From Desulfuromonadales bacterium (GTDB taxonomy: Bacteria > Desulfobacterota > Desulfuromonadia > Desulfuromonadales > UBA2197): a stretch of 60,670 nucleotides of DNA. Position 1 is the first letter of the stretch. The number at the start of each line of letters is the position of its first letter. The notes under the pieces were generated by a model. The model was not told where the DNA came from. It did not search any database and worked only from the letters and a program-made list of their open reading frames with translations. Positions 37,937 to 49,600 of the stretch are shown piece after piece. The stretch lies in NCBI GenBank assembly GCA_014859605.1, contig JACUTW010000005.1, positions 1-60,670 on the forward strand, read 5' to 3'. A program made the position numbers and the translations under genes.

Positions 37937-40900
37937 ATGTTTGAACGCTTGATTGAATTCTCCCTGAGGAACCGCCTGCTGGTGGTCCTCCTCTTTGTCG
38001 TCACCTTGAGCGCCGGTGCCTGGTCGTTGCTGCACCTGCCGATCGATGCCTTCCCCGACACCACCCCGGTGCAGGTACAGATTAACACCATCGCCCCGGC
38101 CCTCGGGCCGGAAGAGGTGGAACGGCAGCTGACCATGCCGGTGGAGCTGGCTGTTTCCGGTCTGCCCTCCTTGGTCAGCGTCCGCTCCATCTCCAAGTTC
38201 GGTCTTTCCCAGGTCGTCGCCACCTTTAGTGACGACATGCCGATCTACGATTCGCGGCAGCTGATCATGGAACGACTCGCCAGCGTCACCCTGCCGCCGG
38301 GGATAGAACGCCCTGAACTCGGGCCGATCTCCACCGGTCTCGGCGAAGTTTTCCATTATCTCCTTCGTTCCGACAACCCGAAGCGCAGCCTCGACGAACT
38401 CCGCACCCTGCACGACTGGGTGGTGAAGCCGGAGTTGCGCAAAGTCGCCGGCGTTGCCGAGATTAATTCCTGGGGCGGGGTGGAGCGGCAGTATCACGTC
38501 ATTGTCGCCCCTGAGTCGCTGATCAAGTACGGTCTCACCCTCGGCGATGTCAGCGAAGCACTGCAAGCAAACAACGCCAACGTCGGCGGCGGTCAGGTGA
38601 TTACCGCCGGGCAGACGCTGCTGGTGCACGGCATCGGTCGCGTCACCAGCCTCGAAGAGGTCGGCGCCATCGTTCTGAGTTCTTACAGTGGCGCAGCGGT
38701 GCGGGTGCGGGATGTTGCCGAAGTGCGCATCGATCACGAATTACGGCGTGGCGCCGTCTCTGCGCAGGGGAAGGGGGAAGTCGTCCTCGGCCTCGGTTTC
38801 ATGCTCATGGGGGAGAACAGCCGCGACGTGACAACGGCGCTGAAAGAACGTTTGGAGAAGGTGCGCCAGGCGTTGCCCGAAGACATTATTCTTGAAACTG
38901 TCTATGACCGCACCGAATTGATCGATCACGTGATTGAGACGGTGCAGCATAACCTCGTTGCCGGCGCGATTCTTGTCATCGCCATCCTCTTTTCCCTCCT
39001 CGGCAATCTGCGCGCCGGACTCCTGGTGGCCGCCGCCATCCCCATGTCGATGCTCTTTGCCACCCTCGGCATGGGGCAGATGGGGATTGCCGCCAGCCTC
39101 CTTTCGCTCGGGGCGATTGACTTCGGCATTCTCGTTGATGGTTCGGTGGTGATGACCGAGGCCAATCTGCGCGGATTGAACGAACGGCAGCTGCAGCTCG
39201 GTCGCCCGCTTACCGCGCAAGAACGGATGGCGTCGATTCTGGCGTCGAGTTGTCAGGTCGGCCGTCCCATCGCTTTCGGCATGGGGATCATCGCCTTGGT
39301 CTTTCTGCCGGTCCTGACTCTGCAGGGGATCGAAGGGAAGATGTTTCAGCCGATGGCGTGGACCTTTATCTTTGCCCTTTTGGGCGCGCTGCTGGTGGCG
39401 ATCTTTTTGTCGCCGATCCTCTCTTTTCATTTTTTGCCGAAGGACGGCAAAGCGCACACAGGTTGGGCCGAGACCTGGCTGCAACGTCTCTACACTCCGG
39501 CTCTTGCCCGGGTGTTGCAGTATCGTCGCCTGGCCCTGCTGGTGGCGGCGCTTTTGGTGATTGTGACGGGAATTGCCGCGACCCGCCTCGGCGGCGAGTT
39601 TCTGCCGCGCATGAGTGAGGAGGCTATCGTCGCCAGCGTCGTCCGTCTCGCCGGTGTCTCGGTCGATGAATCGATGGCCTATAACCAGCAACTGGAAAAG
39701 CTGGTTCTGGAAAAGTTCCCCGATGAAGTCAAAGTGGTCTGGAGCCGCCTCGGGAGCGCTGAGACCGCGACCGATCCGATGGGGACAGAACTGACCGATA
39801 TCTTCATGTCGCTGTATCCCCGTGAGCAGTGGATTAAGGCCAAGACACAATATGAGTTGGCCGCCGCCATCGAGAAGGAGATGGTCGGGCTCCCCGGGAT
39901 TCGTGTCGTCTTTACCCAGCCGATCGAACTGCGCGTCAATGAAATGCTCTCGGGGATTCGCGGTGATGTCGGGATCAAGATCTACGGGGACGATTTTGAA
40001 CAGTTGGTAGTACTCGGTGAACAGGTGAAACAAACGATGGAGAAGGTGCGCGGTGCTGTCGATGTCGCCGCCGAGCAGATCACCGGTCAGCCGACTTTAC
40101 AGATTAAACTTGATCAGGAAAAGCTCGCCCGCTATGGCATCCCGGCCAAAGATCTCCTCGACGTCATCGCCGCGGTCGGCACCCCGCGGGTCGGCGAGGT
40201 CTTTGAGGGGGAGCGCTCTTTCCCGTTGGTCCTGCGCCTCCCCGATGACCGGCGCGAAGATGTCGCCGCCCTTGCCGCCACTCTGATTCCGACCCGGAAC
40301 GGGGCGATTCTGCCGCTGCGCGCCCTGGCGACGTTGAGTGAGGAGCAGCGGCCGTCAACGATTAATCGCGAGTGGGGGCGGCGACTGCTCAAGGTCTCGG
40401 TCAATGTTCGTGACCGCGATGTTGCTTCCTTTGTCGCTGAGGGCCGGGAGAAAATCGCCCGGGAGGTCAAGCTGCCGCCCGGCTACTTTATCGAATGGGG
40501 CGGGCAGTTCGAAAATCTCGAACGTTCGCAAAAGCGTCTGGCGTTGGTGGTGCCGCTGACTCTGCTCCTGATCTTTGTCCTCCTTTGGTTCAGTCTCAAG
40601 CGCTTGCGTGACGTTCTGATCATCTATACCGGCATCCCCCTTGCGGCGGTCGGCGGCGTCTTTGCCTTGTGGCTGCGGGGGATCCCCTTCTCGGTCAGCG
40701 CTGCGGTCGGCTTCATCGCTCTGGCCGGTCTCGCGGTCCTCAACGGCCAGGTGTTGGTCGCGGCGATCCGGACTTTTTATGCCGATGGAGAAACATTGGC
40801 CGATGCCGTAGTCAAAGGGGCCCGGCAGCGTCTGCTGCCGGTCGTCGCCACAGCCTCCGTTGCTGCCGCCGGTTTTCTGCCGATGGCCCTGTCGAGCGGA

Positions 40901-41029
40901 GTCGGTGCCGAGGTGCAGCGACCTCTCGCCACGGTCGTTATCGGCGGGGTCCTGACCTCGACACTGCTCACCCTCTTTGTGCTGCCGGCATTCTATCTGT
41001 TGCTGGATAAGAAGAGAGCTGACACTTAG
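37937..41029 (+). CDS. czcA: Heavy-metal efflux RND permease (CzcA/CusA family, divalent-cation type)
   Basis: LPIDAFPD.T..QVQINT, LGPISTGLGEV, SLGAIDFG.LVDG.VVM.E, EGKMF.PMA, GAEVQRPLATVVIGG. Confidence 0.93.
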   Translation: MFERLIEFSLRNRLLVVLLFVVTLSAGAWSLLHLPIDAFPDTTPVQVQINTIAPALGPEEVERQLTMPVELAVSGLPSLVSVRSISKFGLSQVVATFSDDMPIYDSRQLIMERLASVTLPPGIERPELGPISTGLGEVFHYLLRSDNPKRSLDELRTLHDWVVKPELRKVAGVAEINSWGGVERQYHVIVAPESLIKYGLTLGDVSEALQANNANVGGGQVITAGQTLLVHGIGRVTSLEEVGAIVLSSYSGAAVRVRDVAEVRIDHELRRGAVSAQGKGEVVLGLGFMLMGENSRDVTTALKERLEKVRQALPEDIILETVYDRTELIDHVIETVQHNLVAGAILVIAILFSLLGNLRAGLLVAAAIPMSMLFATLGMGQMGIAASLLSLGAIDFGILVDGSVVMTEANLRGLNERQLQLGRPLTAQERMASILASSCQVGRPIAFGMGIIALVFLPVLTLQGIEGKMFQPMAWTFIFALLGALLVAIFLSPILSFHFLPKDGKAHTGWAETWLQRLYTPALARVLQYRRLALLVAALLVIVTGIAATRLGGEFLPRMSEEAIVASVVRLAGVSVDESMAYNQQLEKLVLEKFPDEVKVVWSRLGSAETATDPMGTELTDIFMSLYPREQWIKAKTQYELAAAIEKEMVGLPGIRVVFTQPIELRVNEMLSGIRGDVGIKIYGDDFEQLVVLGEQVKQTMEKVRGAVDVAAEQITGQPTLQIKLDQEKLARYGIPAKDLLDVIAAVGTPRVGEVFEGERSFPLVLRLPDDRREDVAALAATLIPTRNGAILPLRALATLSEEQRPSTINREWGRRLLKVSVNVRDRDVASFVAEGREKIAREVKLPPGYFIEWGGQFENLERSQKRLALVVPLTLLLIFVLLWFSLKRLRDVLIIYTGIPLAAVGGVFALWLRGIPFSVSAAVGFIALAGLAVLNGQVLVAAIRTFYADGETLADAVVKGARQRLLPVVATASVAAAGFLPMALSSGVGAEVQRPLATVVIGGVLTSTLLTLFVLPAFYLLLDKKRADT

Positions 41030-41056
41030 CCCTAAACCATATATTGATCGATCTTT

Positions 41057-41098
41057 AGCGAGAAGAGCCCCCCTGGCAGCAGGGGGGCTCTTCTCGCT
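41057..41098. terminator. Long perfect hairpin after czcA
   Basis: 19-bp perfect stem AGCGAGAAGAGCCCCCCTG / CAGGGGGGCTCTTCTCGCT, loop GCAG; no long U tract. Confidence 0.65.
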
Positions 41099-41221
41099 CA
41101 TGAGAGGGTCAATCGTATACGCTGGCCGTCCTGAATTTGCCGTTCTCTTACTTGACTCAGTGGCAAGGGGCGTTGTATTACTATCGCTTTTACGCTTTTA
41201 CCTGCACAGTGAAGGGTATCA

Positions 41222-42073
41222 ATGAAGATTATCAGGGCCGAACGGGCGGGAATGTGTATGGGGGTTAATCTGGCACTGAGCAAGCTCGACGCTCTCATCG
41301 CCCGGATGCCGCAGCCCGGCGCCCTCTTTATCCTCGGTTCGATCATTCATAATCCGCAGGTGGTGCGGGCCTACGCGGAAAAGGGCGTGATGACCGTCCA
41401 GTCTCCGGCGGAGATTCCGGCCGGGGCCACGGCGGTGATTCGTGCCCACGGTGTCACCAAGGATGTCGAGACGGAACTGAGTCAGCGCGGCGTGCAGATT
41501 GTCGATGCCACCTGCCCCAAGGTCAAGGCGGCCTGCCTCCTGATTGAAAAACATACGGCGTCCGGGCGGGTTCTCCTCCTTTACGGCGAAGCGACCCATC
41601 CGGAAGTGAAGTGTCTCCTCAGTTATGCGGCAGCCGGGGCCTTTGTCTTCGACAGTCGCGAAGCATGTGCGGCCCTGTTGCTCAATGCGGCGCACAGTTA
41701 TTGTCTGGCAGCCCAGACAACGCAGGACAAAGCGATCTTCAAAGAAATCAGCTCGGCGTTGAAAGGTCGCGTTGACCTCGATCTTATCGTTCTCGACACC
41801 ATCTGCGACGCCACCCGCGAGCGTCAGGACGAAGCGGTGCGTATCGCCCGCGAGGTCGATTTTGTTGTGGTTGCCGGTGGTTATGAAAGCAGCAATACCC
41901 GGCGCCTGGCGCAGGTTGTTCTCGCCCAAGGGACACCGGCGCTGCATATCGAGACGGCCGCAGATCTCCCCCTGGGTGAATTGAAAAAATATCAGCGTAT
42001 CGGCCTGACCGCCGGTGCTTCAACGCCGAAAGCGATCGTTGATGAAATAGAGCGGGTTCTGGAAGCCCTGTAG
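41222..42073 (+). CDS. ispH: 4-hydroxy-3-methylbut-2-enyl diphosphate reductase (IspH/LytB)
   Basis: Three Fe-S Cys motifs (GMCMGV, DATCPKV, TICDAT..RQ), IIHN, IRAHG, HPEV, AQTT, SSNT, GLTAGASTP. Confidence 0.92.
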   Translation: MKIIRAERAGMCMGVNLALSKLDALIARMPQPGALFILGSIIHNPQVVRAYAEKGVMTVQSPAEIPAGATAVIRAHGVTKDVETELSQRGVQIVDATCPKVKAACLLIEKHTASGRVLLLYGEATHPEVKCLLSYAAAGAFVFDSREACAALLLNAAHSYCLAAQTTQDKAIFKEISSALKGRVDLDLIVLDTICDATRERQDEAVRIAREVDFVVVAGGYESSNTRRLAQVVLAQGTPALHIETAADLPLGELKKYQRIGLTAGASTPKAIVDEIERVLEAL

Positions 42074-42084
42074 GAAGAATATTG

Positions 42085-43692
42085 ATGATTATTGCCCCGA
42101 AGAATAAAGCCCCCTTCGGCCTCTTTTCGCCGAGCGGCGATGAAAACGCTCCCCCCCTGGAACTGTTGCGGCAGATCACTCTGCCGCTCTTCGTGACGGA
42201 ACAGGGAGGGAAAACAGTCCTGCTGCCGGGAGCGACCGGGCATGAGAATCTTCTTCCCTTCACCGCCATGGTTACGCCTGCGCCCCTCTCTTCCCTCGGC
42301 GATGCCAACTTTTGCCGCGATCATCACCTCCTTTATCCCTATGTCGGCGGGTCGATGGCGAAGGGAATCAGTTCGGTGGCGATGGCCAAGGCTTTCGGTG
42401 AAGCTGGCATGCTCGGTTTTTTCGGCGCGGCCGGGTTGCCCCTGGCGACGGTCGAGGCAGCGATCAGCGAGCTTAAGGCCGCCGGGGATTTCCCCTTTGG
42501 CTGCAATCTCATCCACAGCCCGCACGAGCCGGAGTTAGAGAACGCCCTTGTCGATCTTTATCTGCGCCACGGGATCAAGTTGATCGAGGCTTCAGCTTTT
42601 CTTGCCCTGACTCTGCCGCTGGTGCGTTATCGTACCCACGGGATTCACCGGGATGCGGACGGTCGCATCATTACTCCCAACCGCATCATCGCCAAGATTT
42701 CCCGCGAAGAAGTGGCGGCCCGCTTCTTCGCGCCGCCACCAGAGAAATTTCTGCATCAACTCGTCGAGGCTGGCGAGCTGACAGCGCAGCAGGCGGAGTG
42801 GGCGACGCAGATCCCGATGGCGCAGGATGTCACGGCCGAGGCCGATTCCGGTGGACATACCGACAATCGTCCGGCTCTGTCTCTGCTGCCGACGATTCTC
42901 AGCCAGCGGGCGCAGTTCCAGGCGCAGTACAATTACGAGCAGACCCTGCGGGTCGGTCTTGGCGGCGGCATCGCTACCCCGGCTTCGGCAGCGGCGGCCC
43001 TGAGTCTGGGGGCGGCCTATCTCGTTACCGGCTCGGTCAATCAGGCCTGTAGCGAAGCCGGCACCTGCGACGAGGTTCGCCAGCTCCTTGCCGAAACCCG
43101 CCAGGCGGACATCACCATGGCGCCCTCCGGCGATATGTTCGAGATGGGAGTCAACGTCCAGGTCCTCAAGCGCGGCACGATGTTCTCGATGCGGGCGGCC
43201 AAACTTTATGAGCTTTATCGTGCTTATCCCAGTCTCGACGCCCTGCCGGCGGAAGAGCGTGCTAAACTGGAAAAGACGGTCTTTCGCGCTCCCCTCAGCG
43301 AGATCTGGGAAGCGACCCGCGCCTACTTTGCGCAACGCGATCCCCGCCAGGTCGAGCGGGCGTCCACTGATCCCAAACACCAACTCGCTCTGGTCTTTCG
43401 CTGGTATCTTGGCCAGTCCCCGGTCTGGGCGAGTTCCGGCGAATCGTCGCGCCGCATCGATTATCAGATCTGGTGCGGGCCGGCGATGGGGGCTTTCAAC
43501 GAGTGGAGCAAAGGCTCTTTTCTCGAAAATGTTGCGCGCCGGCAGGTTGTGCCGGTGGCTTTGAACATCCTCTTTGGCGCCGCGGTTCTACTGCGGGCCA
43601 ACCAATTGGCGCTGCAGGGGATTTATCTTTCTGCCGCGGATAAACTCTCCGAACCGTTGGAGATTGCACAGATCAAGGAGTACCTCCATTGA
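42085..43692 (+). CDS. pfaD: PfaD-family trans-acting enoyl reductase
   Basis: LG...F..DH.L.YPY.GGSMAKGISS, NLIHSP.EP.LE, EASAF, EADSGGHTDNRP, GGGIATP, DMFEMGV.VQVLKRGTMF, DYQIWCGPAMGAFN. Confidence 0.93.
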   Translation: MIIAPKNKAPFGLFSPSGDENAPPLELLRQITLPLFVTEQGGKTVLLPGATGHENLLPFTAMVTPAPLSSLGDANFCRDHHLLYPYVGGSMAKGISSVAMAKAFGEAGMLGFFGAAGLPLATVEAAISELKAAGDFPFGCNLIHSPHEPELENALVDLYLRHGIKLIEASAFLALTLPLVRYRTHGIHRDADGRIITPNRIIAKISREEVAARFFAPPPEKFLHQLVEAGELTAQQAEWATQIPMAQDVTAEADSGGHTDNRPALSLLPTILSQRAQFQAQYNYEQTLRVGLGGGIATPASAAAALSLGAAYLVTGSVNQACSEAGTCDEVRQLLAETRQADITMAPSGDMFEMGVNVQVLKRGTMFSMRAAKLYELYRAYPSLDALPAEERAKLEKTVFRAPLSEIWEATRAYFAQRDPRQVERASTDPKHQLALVFRWYLGQSPVWASSGESSRRIDYQIWCGPAMGAFNEWSKGSFLENVARRQVVPVALNILFGAAVLLRANQLALQGIYLSAADKLSEPLEIAQIKEYLH

Positions 43693-46600
43693 AAAAGAGT
43701 GTAGAGAAGACCGGGCAGGCGTCGGCAACGATGGCCCCTATCGCCATAGTCGGTATCGGCTGCATCTTTCCGCAAGCCGAAGATAAGGTCGCTTTCTGGA
43801 GTAATATCCGCTCCGGCCGGGATGCCATCAGCGAAGTGCCGGCCAGTCACTGGCGCGCTGAGGATTACTTCAATCCCGACCCGAAAGCTCCGGATCAGGT
43901 CTACGCCAAGATGGGTGGCTTCCTCCCCCCGGTCGATTTTCATCCGATGGAGTACGGCATCCTCCCCAATGCTCTGGAGGCGGTCGATACCGCCCAGCTC
44001 CTCGGTCTGGTTGCGGTTGAGCAGGCTCTGGTCGACGCCGGCTACAGCGCGGACAAGGAGTTTGATCGCGAAAAGGTCAGCGTCATCCTCGGCGTCACCG
44101 GCAGTCTTGAGCTCGTCATCCCTCTCGGCGCCCGGCTCGGTCATCCCCGCTGGCGGGCCGCCCTCAAAGAGGCCGGCGTTGCCGATGATATTGCCGCCGA
44201 TGCCATCTCCCGCATCAGTGATTCCTACGTCCCCTGGCAGGAGAACTCTTTCCCCGGCCTCCTCGGCAATGTCGTGGCTGGCCGCATCAGCAAACACTTC
44301 AACTTCGGCGGCACCAACTGTGTTGTCGATGCCGCCTGCGGCAGCTCCCTCTCTGCCCTCAATCTCGCTGCCCTCGAACTCAGCGCCGGCAAGGCCGACA
44401 TGGTCGTCACCGGCGGGGTCGATACCTTCAACGATATCTTCATGTACACCTGTTTCAGCAAGACGCCGGCCCTCTCTCCCACCGGCCATGCCCGGCCTTT
44501 CGATGCCAATGGCGACGGCACCACCCTTGGCGAAGGTCTCGGGGTTGTCGTCCTCAAGCGCCTTGTTGACGCCGAACGCGATAATGACCGCATCTATGCC
44601 GTTATTCGCGGCATCGGCACTTCCAGTGACGGGCGCGGTTCGGCGATCTACGAGCCGAGTGCCGCCGGGCAGGAGAAAGCGCTGCGCCGCGCTTACCAGC
44701 AGGGAGATGTCACCCCGGAGACGATCGAACTGATCGAAGCGCACGGCACCGGCACCAAGGTCGGTGATGCCGTCGAGGTCAAGGCGTTGCGCCAGGTCTT
44801 CGGTGCAGCCGAGCGTCCCTGGTGCTCTCTCGGCTCGGTTAAGTCGCAGATCGGTCACACCAAGGCTGCCGCCGGTTCAGCCGGGCTGATCAAGGCAACC
44901 CTCGCCCTGTATCACAAGATTCTGCCGCCTACCCTCAAGGTGCAGAAGCCCCAGGATGTTGTCGTCGGCAAGGACAGCCCTTTCTACCTTGACACCGTGG
45001 CGCGTCCCTGGATCGCCAATCCGGATCACCCGCGTCGTGCCGGGGTCAGCGCCCTCGGCTTTGGCGGCAGCAACTACCATTGTCTCCTTGAAGAGTATCA
45101 GGCGGAGAAAGTCGTCGTCGACGAAAGCGGCGAAGTGCAGATTGCCGCCTTCAGCGCTGTTGACGGCGCGGGCCTGGAAAGCCGCCTGCGCGCCTTTCCG
45201 GCCGAAGCCGCCTGGGCGGAGCTCCGGCTTGCCGCGCATGCGAGCCGGCAGCAATTCGATCCGCAACAGGCCTGCCGTCTGGCGCTGGTGATGGAGAAAG
45301 GGAAGAGCAATCCTCCGGCGCAGATCAAGAGCGCTCTGAGCATGCTGGCGAAGGCGGGGACGCAGAGCTCCTGGCAGACCCCGGACGGCGTTTACTTCGC
45401 GACCGGCGGCGCTAGCGACAAGCTCGCAATCCTCTTTCCCGGCCAGGGGGCGCAATACCCCGGCATGCTCGCCGGACTGGCCCTGCAATTCCCCGATTTT
45501 TTTGCCACGATCCAGGCCGCCGATCAGGTGTTTGCTGCTGCGGTCGGCACCAGCGGTCGCCTCGCTGAAGCGATCTATCCGCGTGGCAGTTTTGACGATG
45601 CCAGCCGCTCGGCCGAGGTGACCCGGCTGCAGGCGACAGAAGTCGCCCAGCCCGCCCTCGGCGCTGTCAGCCTCGGCGCTCTCAAGGTCCTGAATGCCTT
45701 TGGCCTGCAGGCCGATGCCTTTGCCGGCCACAGTTATGGCGAACTGACCGCCCTTTGTGCCGGTGGTTACTTCGCTGAAGAGGCTTTGCATCGCCTTTCC
45801 CGCCGCCGCGGCGAACTCATGGCCGCCGGCGAGGGCGATCGCGGCACGATGCTCGCCGTCTCCGCTCCCCTCGCGGACGTCGAAAAGCTGTTGACCGACG
45901 AAGGTCTCGATCTCGTTCTCGCCAACCGCAATACCCCGGAGCAGGGGGTTCTTTCCGGAGCAACAACGGAGATTGCCAAGGCGGTCAAACTCCTCGAAGT
46001 CCGCGGTCTGCGCTACAAAGAGCTGACCGTCGCCGCCGCTTTTCACAGCCCCCTCGTTGCTGCTGCCAGCGCTCCTTTTGCCGCGGCGTTGGCGAGCACC
46101 GAGTTTCAAGTCGGCCAGGCCGCGGTCTTTGCCAACAGCAGCGGTCAGGCTTACCCGGCGAGCGCCGAGGGCGCCCGGCAGCTCCTCGCCACCCAGCTCG
46201 CCAGTCCGGTCGAGTTTGTCAGCGAGGTCGAGAGTCTTTATGCCAGCGGGATCCGCACCTTTGTTGAGGTCGGCCCTGGCGCCCGCCTGACCGGCATGGT
46301 CAAGGCGATTCTCGCTGGGCGTGAGCATCAGGCTTTGGCCCTCGATTCCTCCGGCGGGCAGCGTTCGGCAATTCACGATTTCGCCCGTACTCTCTGCCAG
46401 TTAGCAGTTCTCGGTTACGGGATTGACCTCAGTCGCTGGGATGGCGATTATGCGCAGGAGCGGAGCCGGGTGGCGAAGAAGAAGGGGATGGTCGTCCCCT
46501 TGTGCGGCGCCAACTACTTTAATCCGCCGGAGAAACGGCCGGCGCGGGTACCGCAACCCCTGCCAGCCGCTCCGGCTGCAGTTACCGCGGCACCGGCAGC

Positions 46601-49600
46601 CGTCACCCCGGTCGCGCCGACCCCGGCTGCCGCCCCGGCAGCTCTGCAGGATGCCCTGCGCCTCACGCAGCAGAGTATGCAGGCCTTGCAGTCGTTGCAG
46701 GAGCAGACTTCCCGCCTGCATCAGCAGTTCTTGAGTGGTCAGGAGGCGGCGACCCGCTCTTTTCTGACCTTGATCGAACAGCAGCGGCAGATGTTTTATG
46801 GCGGAGTAGTTGCTCCGGTTGCCAGTGTTGCAGCTCCGGTCTTGGCTCCAGTCGATGGGAAGCATGAGAATTCTGGGAGTTATAATTCCCATAGTTCCCA
46901 TGACTCCCATGCTCTTCCCGTTTTGACGCCACCGGTCACTAGCACCTCCTCAACAGATCGAATTAACGCCGTCCTCCTCGGTATCGTCGCCGAGAAGACC
47001 GGTTATCCCCTGGAGATGCTCGAACTCGACATGGCGCTCGATGCCGACCTCGGCATCGATTCGATCAAGCGGGTCGAGATTCTCTCCGCCCTGCATGAAC
47101 AACTTCCGGAAGCCCCGGCGATCCGCCCCGAGCACCTCGGTACCTTGCAGACCCTTGGGCAAATTGTCGATCATCTGCTTGCTGGTCTGGTTCAGTCTCC
47201 GGTGTTGGCTGCAGTTGATGGGAAACATGAGAATAATGGGAATTATAATTCCCAGAGTTCCCCTGATTCCCAGGTTGCGACTGTTCTCCTCGCCGTCATC
47301 GCCGAGAAGACCGGCTATCCTTTGGAGATGCTTGAACTCGACATGGCGCTTGACGCCGATCTTGGGATCGATTCGATCAAACGCGTCGAGATCTTTGCGG
47401 CGTTGCAGAGCGAACTGCCGAACGCGCCGGCGGTGCGTCCCGAGCAGCTTGGCACCTTGCAGACCCTCGGCCAGATCGTCAATTATCTGGTCGCGCCCAC
47501 CACCACTCCGGCCCCGACGCAGCTCGCGGTCAAGAGTGAGCAGATCGACCGGGCGACCGTGGCGCAAACCCTTCTGGCGGTCATCGCCGACAAGACCGGT
47601 TATCCTCTGGAGATGCTCGAACTCGATATGGCCCTTGATGCCGATCTGGGCATCGATTCGATCAAGCGGGTGGAGATCCTCTCGGCTCTGCAGGAGCGCC
47701 TGCCGGCCGCCCCGGCGATCCGTCCCGAGCACCTCGGCACCTTGCAGACCGTCGGCCAGATCGTCGACTTTCTCGCCAGCGTGGCCGGTGCCCCGGCGGC
47801 GCCAGTCGCACCAGCACCGGCAATCGCCGCGGAAGTGAGCGGGGAAGGGGTATCGCGCCAGGTCCTCAAGGCGGTGCCGCTCCCGGCCAGCACTAAACGT
47901 GAGGCGCTGCCTTTGCCGTCCGCAGCAGTGGTCGGTATCACTGATGACGGCTCCGAGCTCACCGCTGCCATTGCTCACGAATTGACTCTCCTCGGTTATA
48001 CGCCACTCGTTCTCGCCATCGAACAGTCGTTGCCGCCTCAGCTCGGCGGGCTGATCATCCTGACTCCGGTTGCCGGAGCCAGCGACCTCTTTTTGCGCCA
48101 GGCCTTCGAGTTGGTGCAGGCCTCCGCTGGAACAGCCACGGTCCTCCTCACCGTTTCGCGCCTCAACGGCTACTTCGGGCTGTTGCCGGGGGAAAATTTG
48201 CACGATCCCCTCTCCGGCGGTCTCGCCGGTCTCTGCAAGACGGCCGGGCACGAATGGCCGCAGGTCAGTTGCAAGGCCCTCGATCTCGCGGCTGACCTTC
48301 CGGTTGCAAGCGCCGCCAAGGGAATCGTTAGTGAACTTCTCCTGGTCGGACCGGGCGAAGTCGGAATCTCCGTCCAGGGGCTGCACAGCCTGAAGCTCTC
48401 CACGGCCCCCCTTGCTGAAAGTGGCGCCCTGCCACCGTTGCAAAAAGGCGATCTCGTCGTCATCAGCGGCGGGGCGCGCGGGGTGACCGCCGAGGTAGCG
48501 ATCGATCTTGCCGTCGCCACCCAGGCAACCCTTCTCCTTCTCGGCCGCAGTCCGGTACCGCAGCCAGAACCTGTCTGGTTGCAGGGGCTGAACAGCGAGG
48601 CCGAGATCAAAAGGGCTCTGCTCAGTCATGCCGAAACGCCCCTCAAGCCGAAAGAGGTGGAGGAACGCTATCAGAGCCTCCTCGGTCAGCGTGAAATCAG
48701 CAAGAATCTGCAACGGATGCGGACCGCCGGGAGTGAGGTTCACTACCGCTCTCTCGATCTGCGCGACCGTGGAGCTGTTGTCTCCGCTATCGATGATCTC
48801 CGTCGGAGTCACGGCCCGGTCAAAGGGCTGATTCACGGCGCCGGCGTCCTCGCTGATCGCCTGATCAAGGACAAGACCATCGAGCAGTTTAGCGCCGTTT
48901 ACAGCACCAAGGTTGACGGCTTACGCTCGCTCCTGGCTGCCGTCGCGCCGGACGAGCTGAAGTTCATCGCCCTCTTCTCCTCCTCGACCGGTCGCTTCGG
49001 CCGCACCGGTCAGGTCGATTATGCCGTTGCCAACGAAGTGCTGAACAAGATGGCGCAGCAGGAAGCGCGTTTGCGTCCCGCCTGCCGGGCCGTTTCGCTC
49101 AACTGGGGCCCCTGGGATGGCGGCATGGTTACCCCGGCCCTGAAGAAGCTCTTTGCACAAGAAGGGGTCGAGGTCATCGCGCTGCGCGCCGGCAGTCGCT
49201 ATCTCCTCCAGGAGCTGGCCACGCCGCCGGGAGGGGCCACCGAGATCGTCATCCTTGGTGCCCACGCCGCCGGACAGGTGGAAGAGGTAGAAGCGCCGCG
49301 CGAGAATATCTACGTCTCCAAGGCCTTCGATCTTGATCTTTCCATCGAACAGTTCCCTTTCCTCAAGTCGCATGTCATCGACAAAAAGGCGGTATTGCCC
49401 CTGGCGATGATCGTCGAATGGCTGGGGCACGGTGCCATCCATAACAATCCCGGTCTGCGTTTTCACGGTTTCAATGACCTGCGTGTTCTCAAGGGGGTCA
49501 TTCTGGAGCCGGGGCAGCTCCATAACCTCCAGGTTATGACCGGCAAGGCCTTCAAGAGCGGCGGCTTTCATGTCGTCCCGGTCGAACTCTCCGGCAGCTC

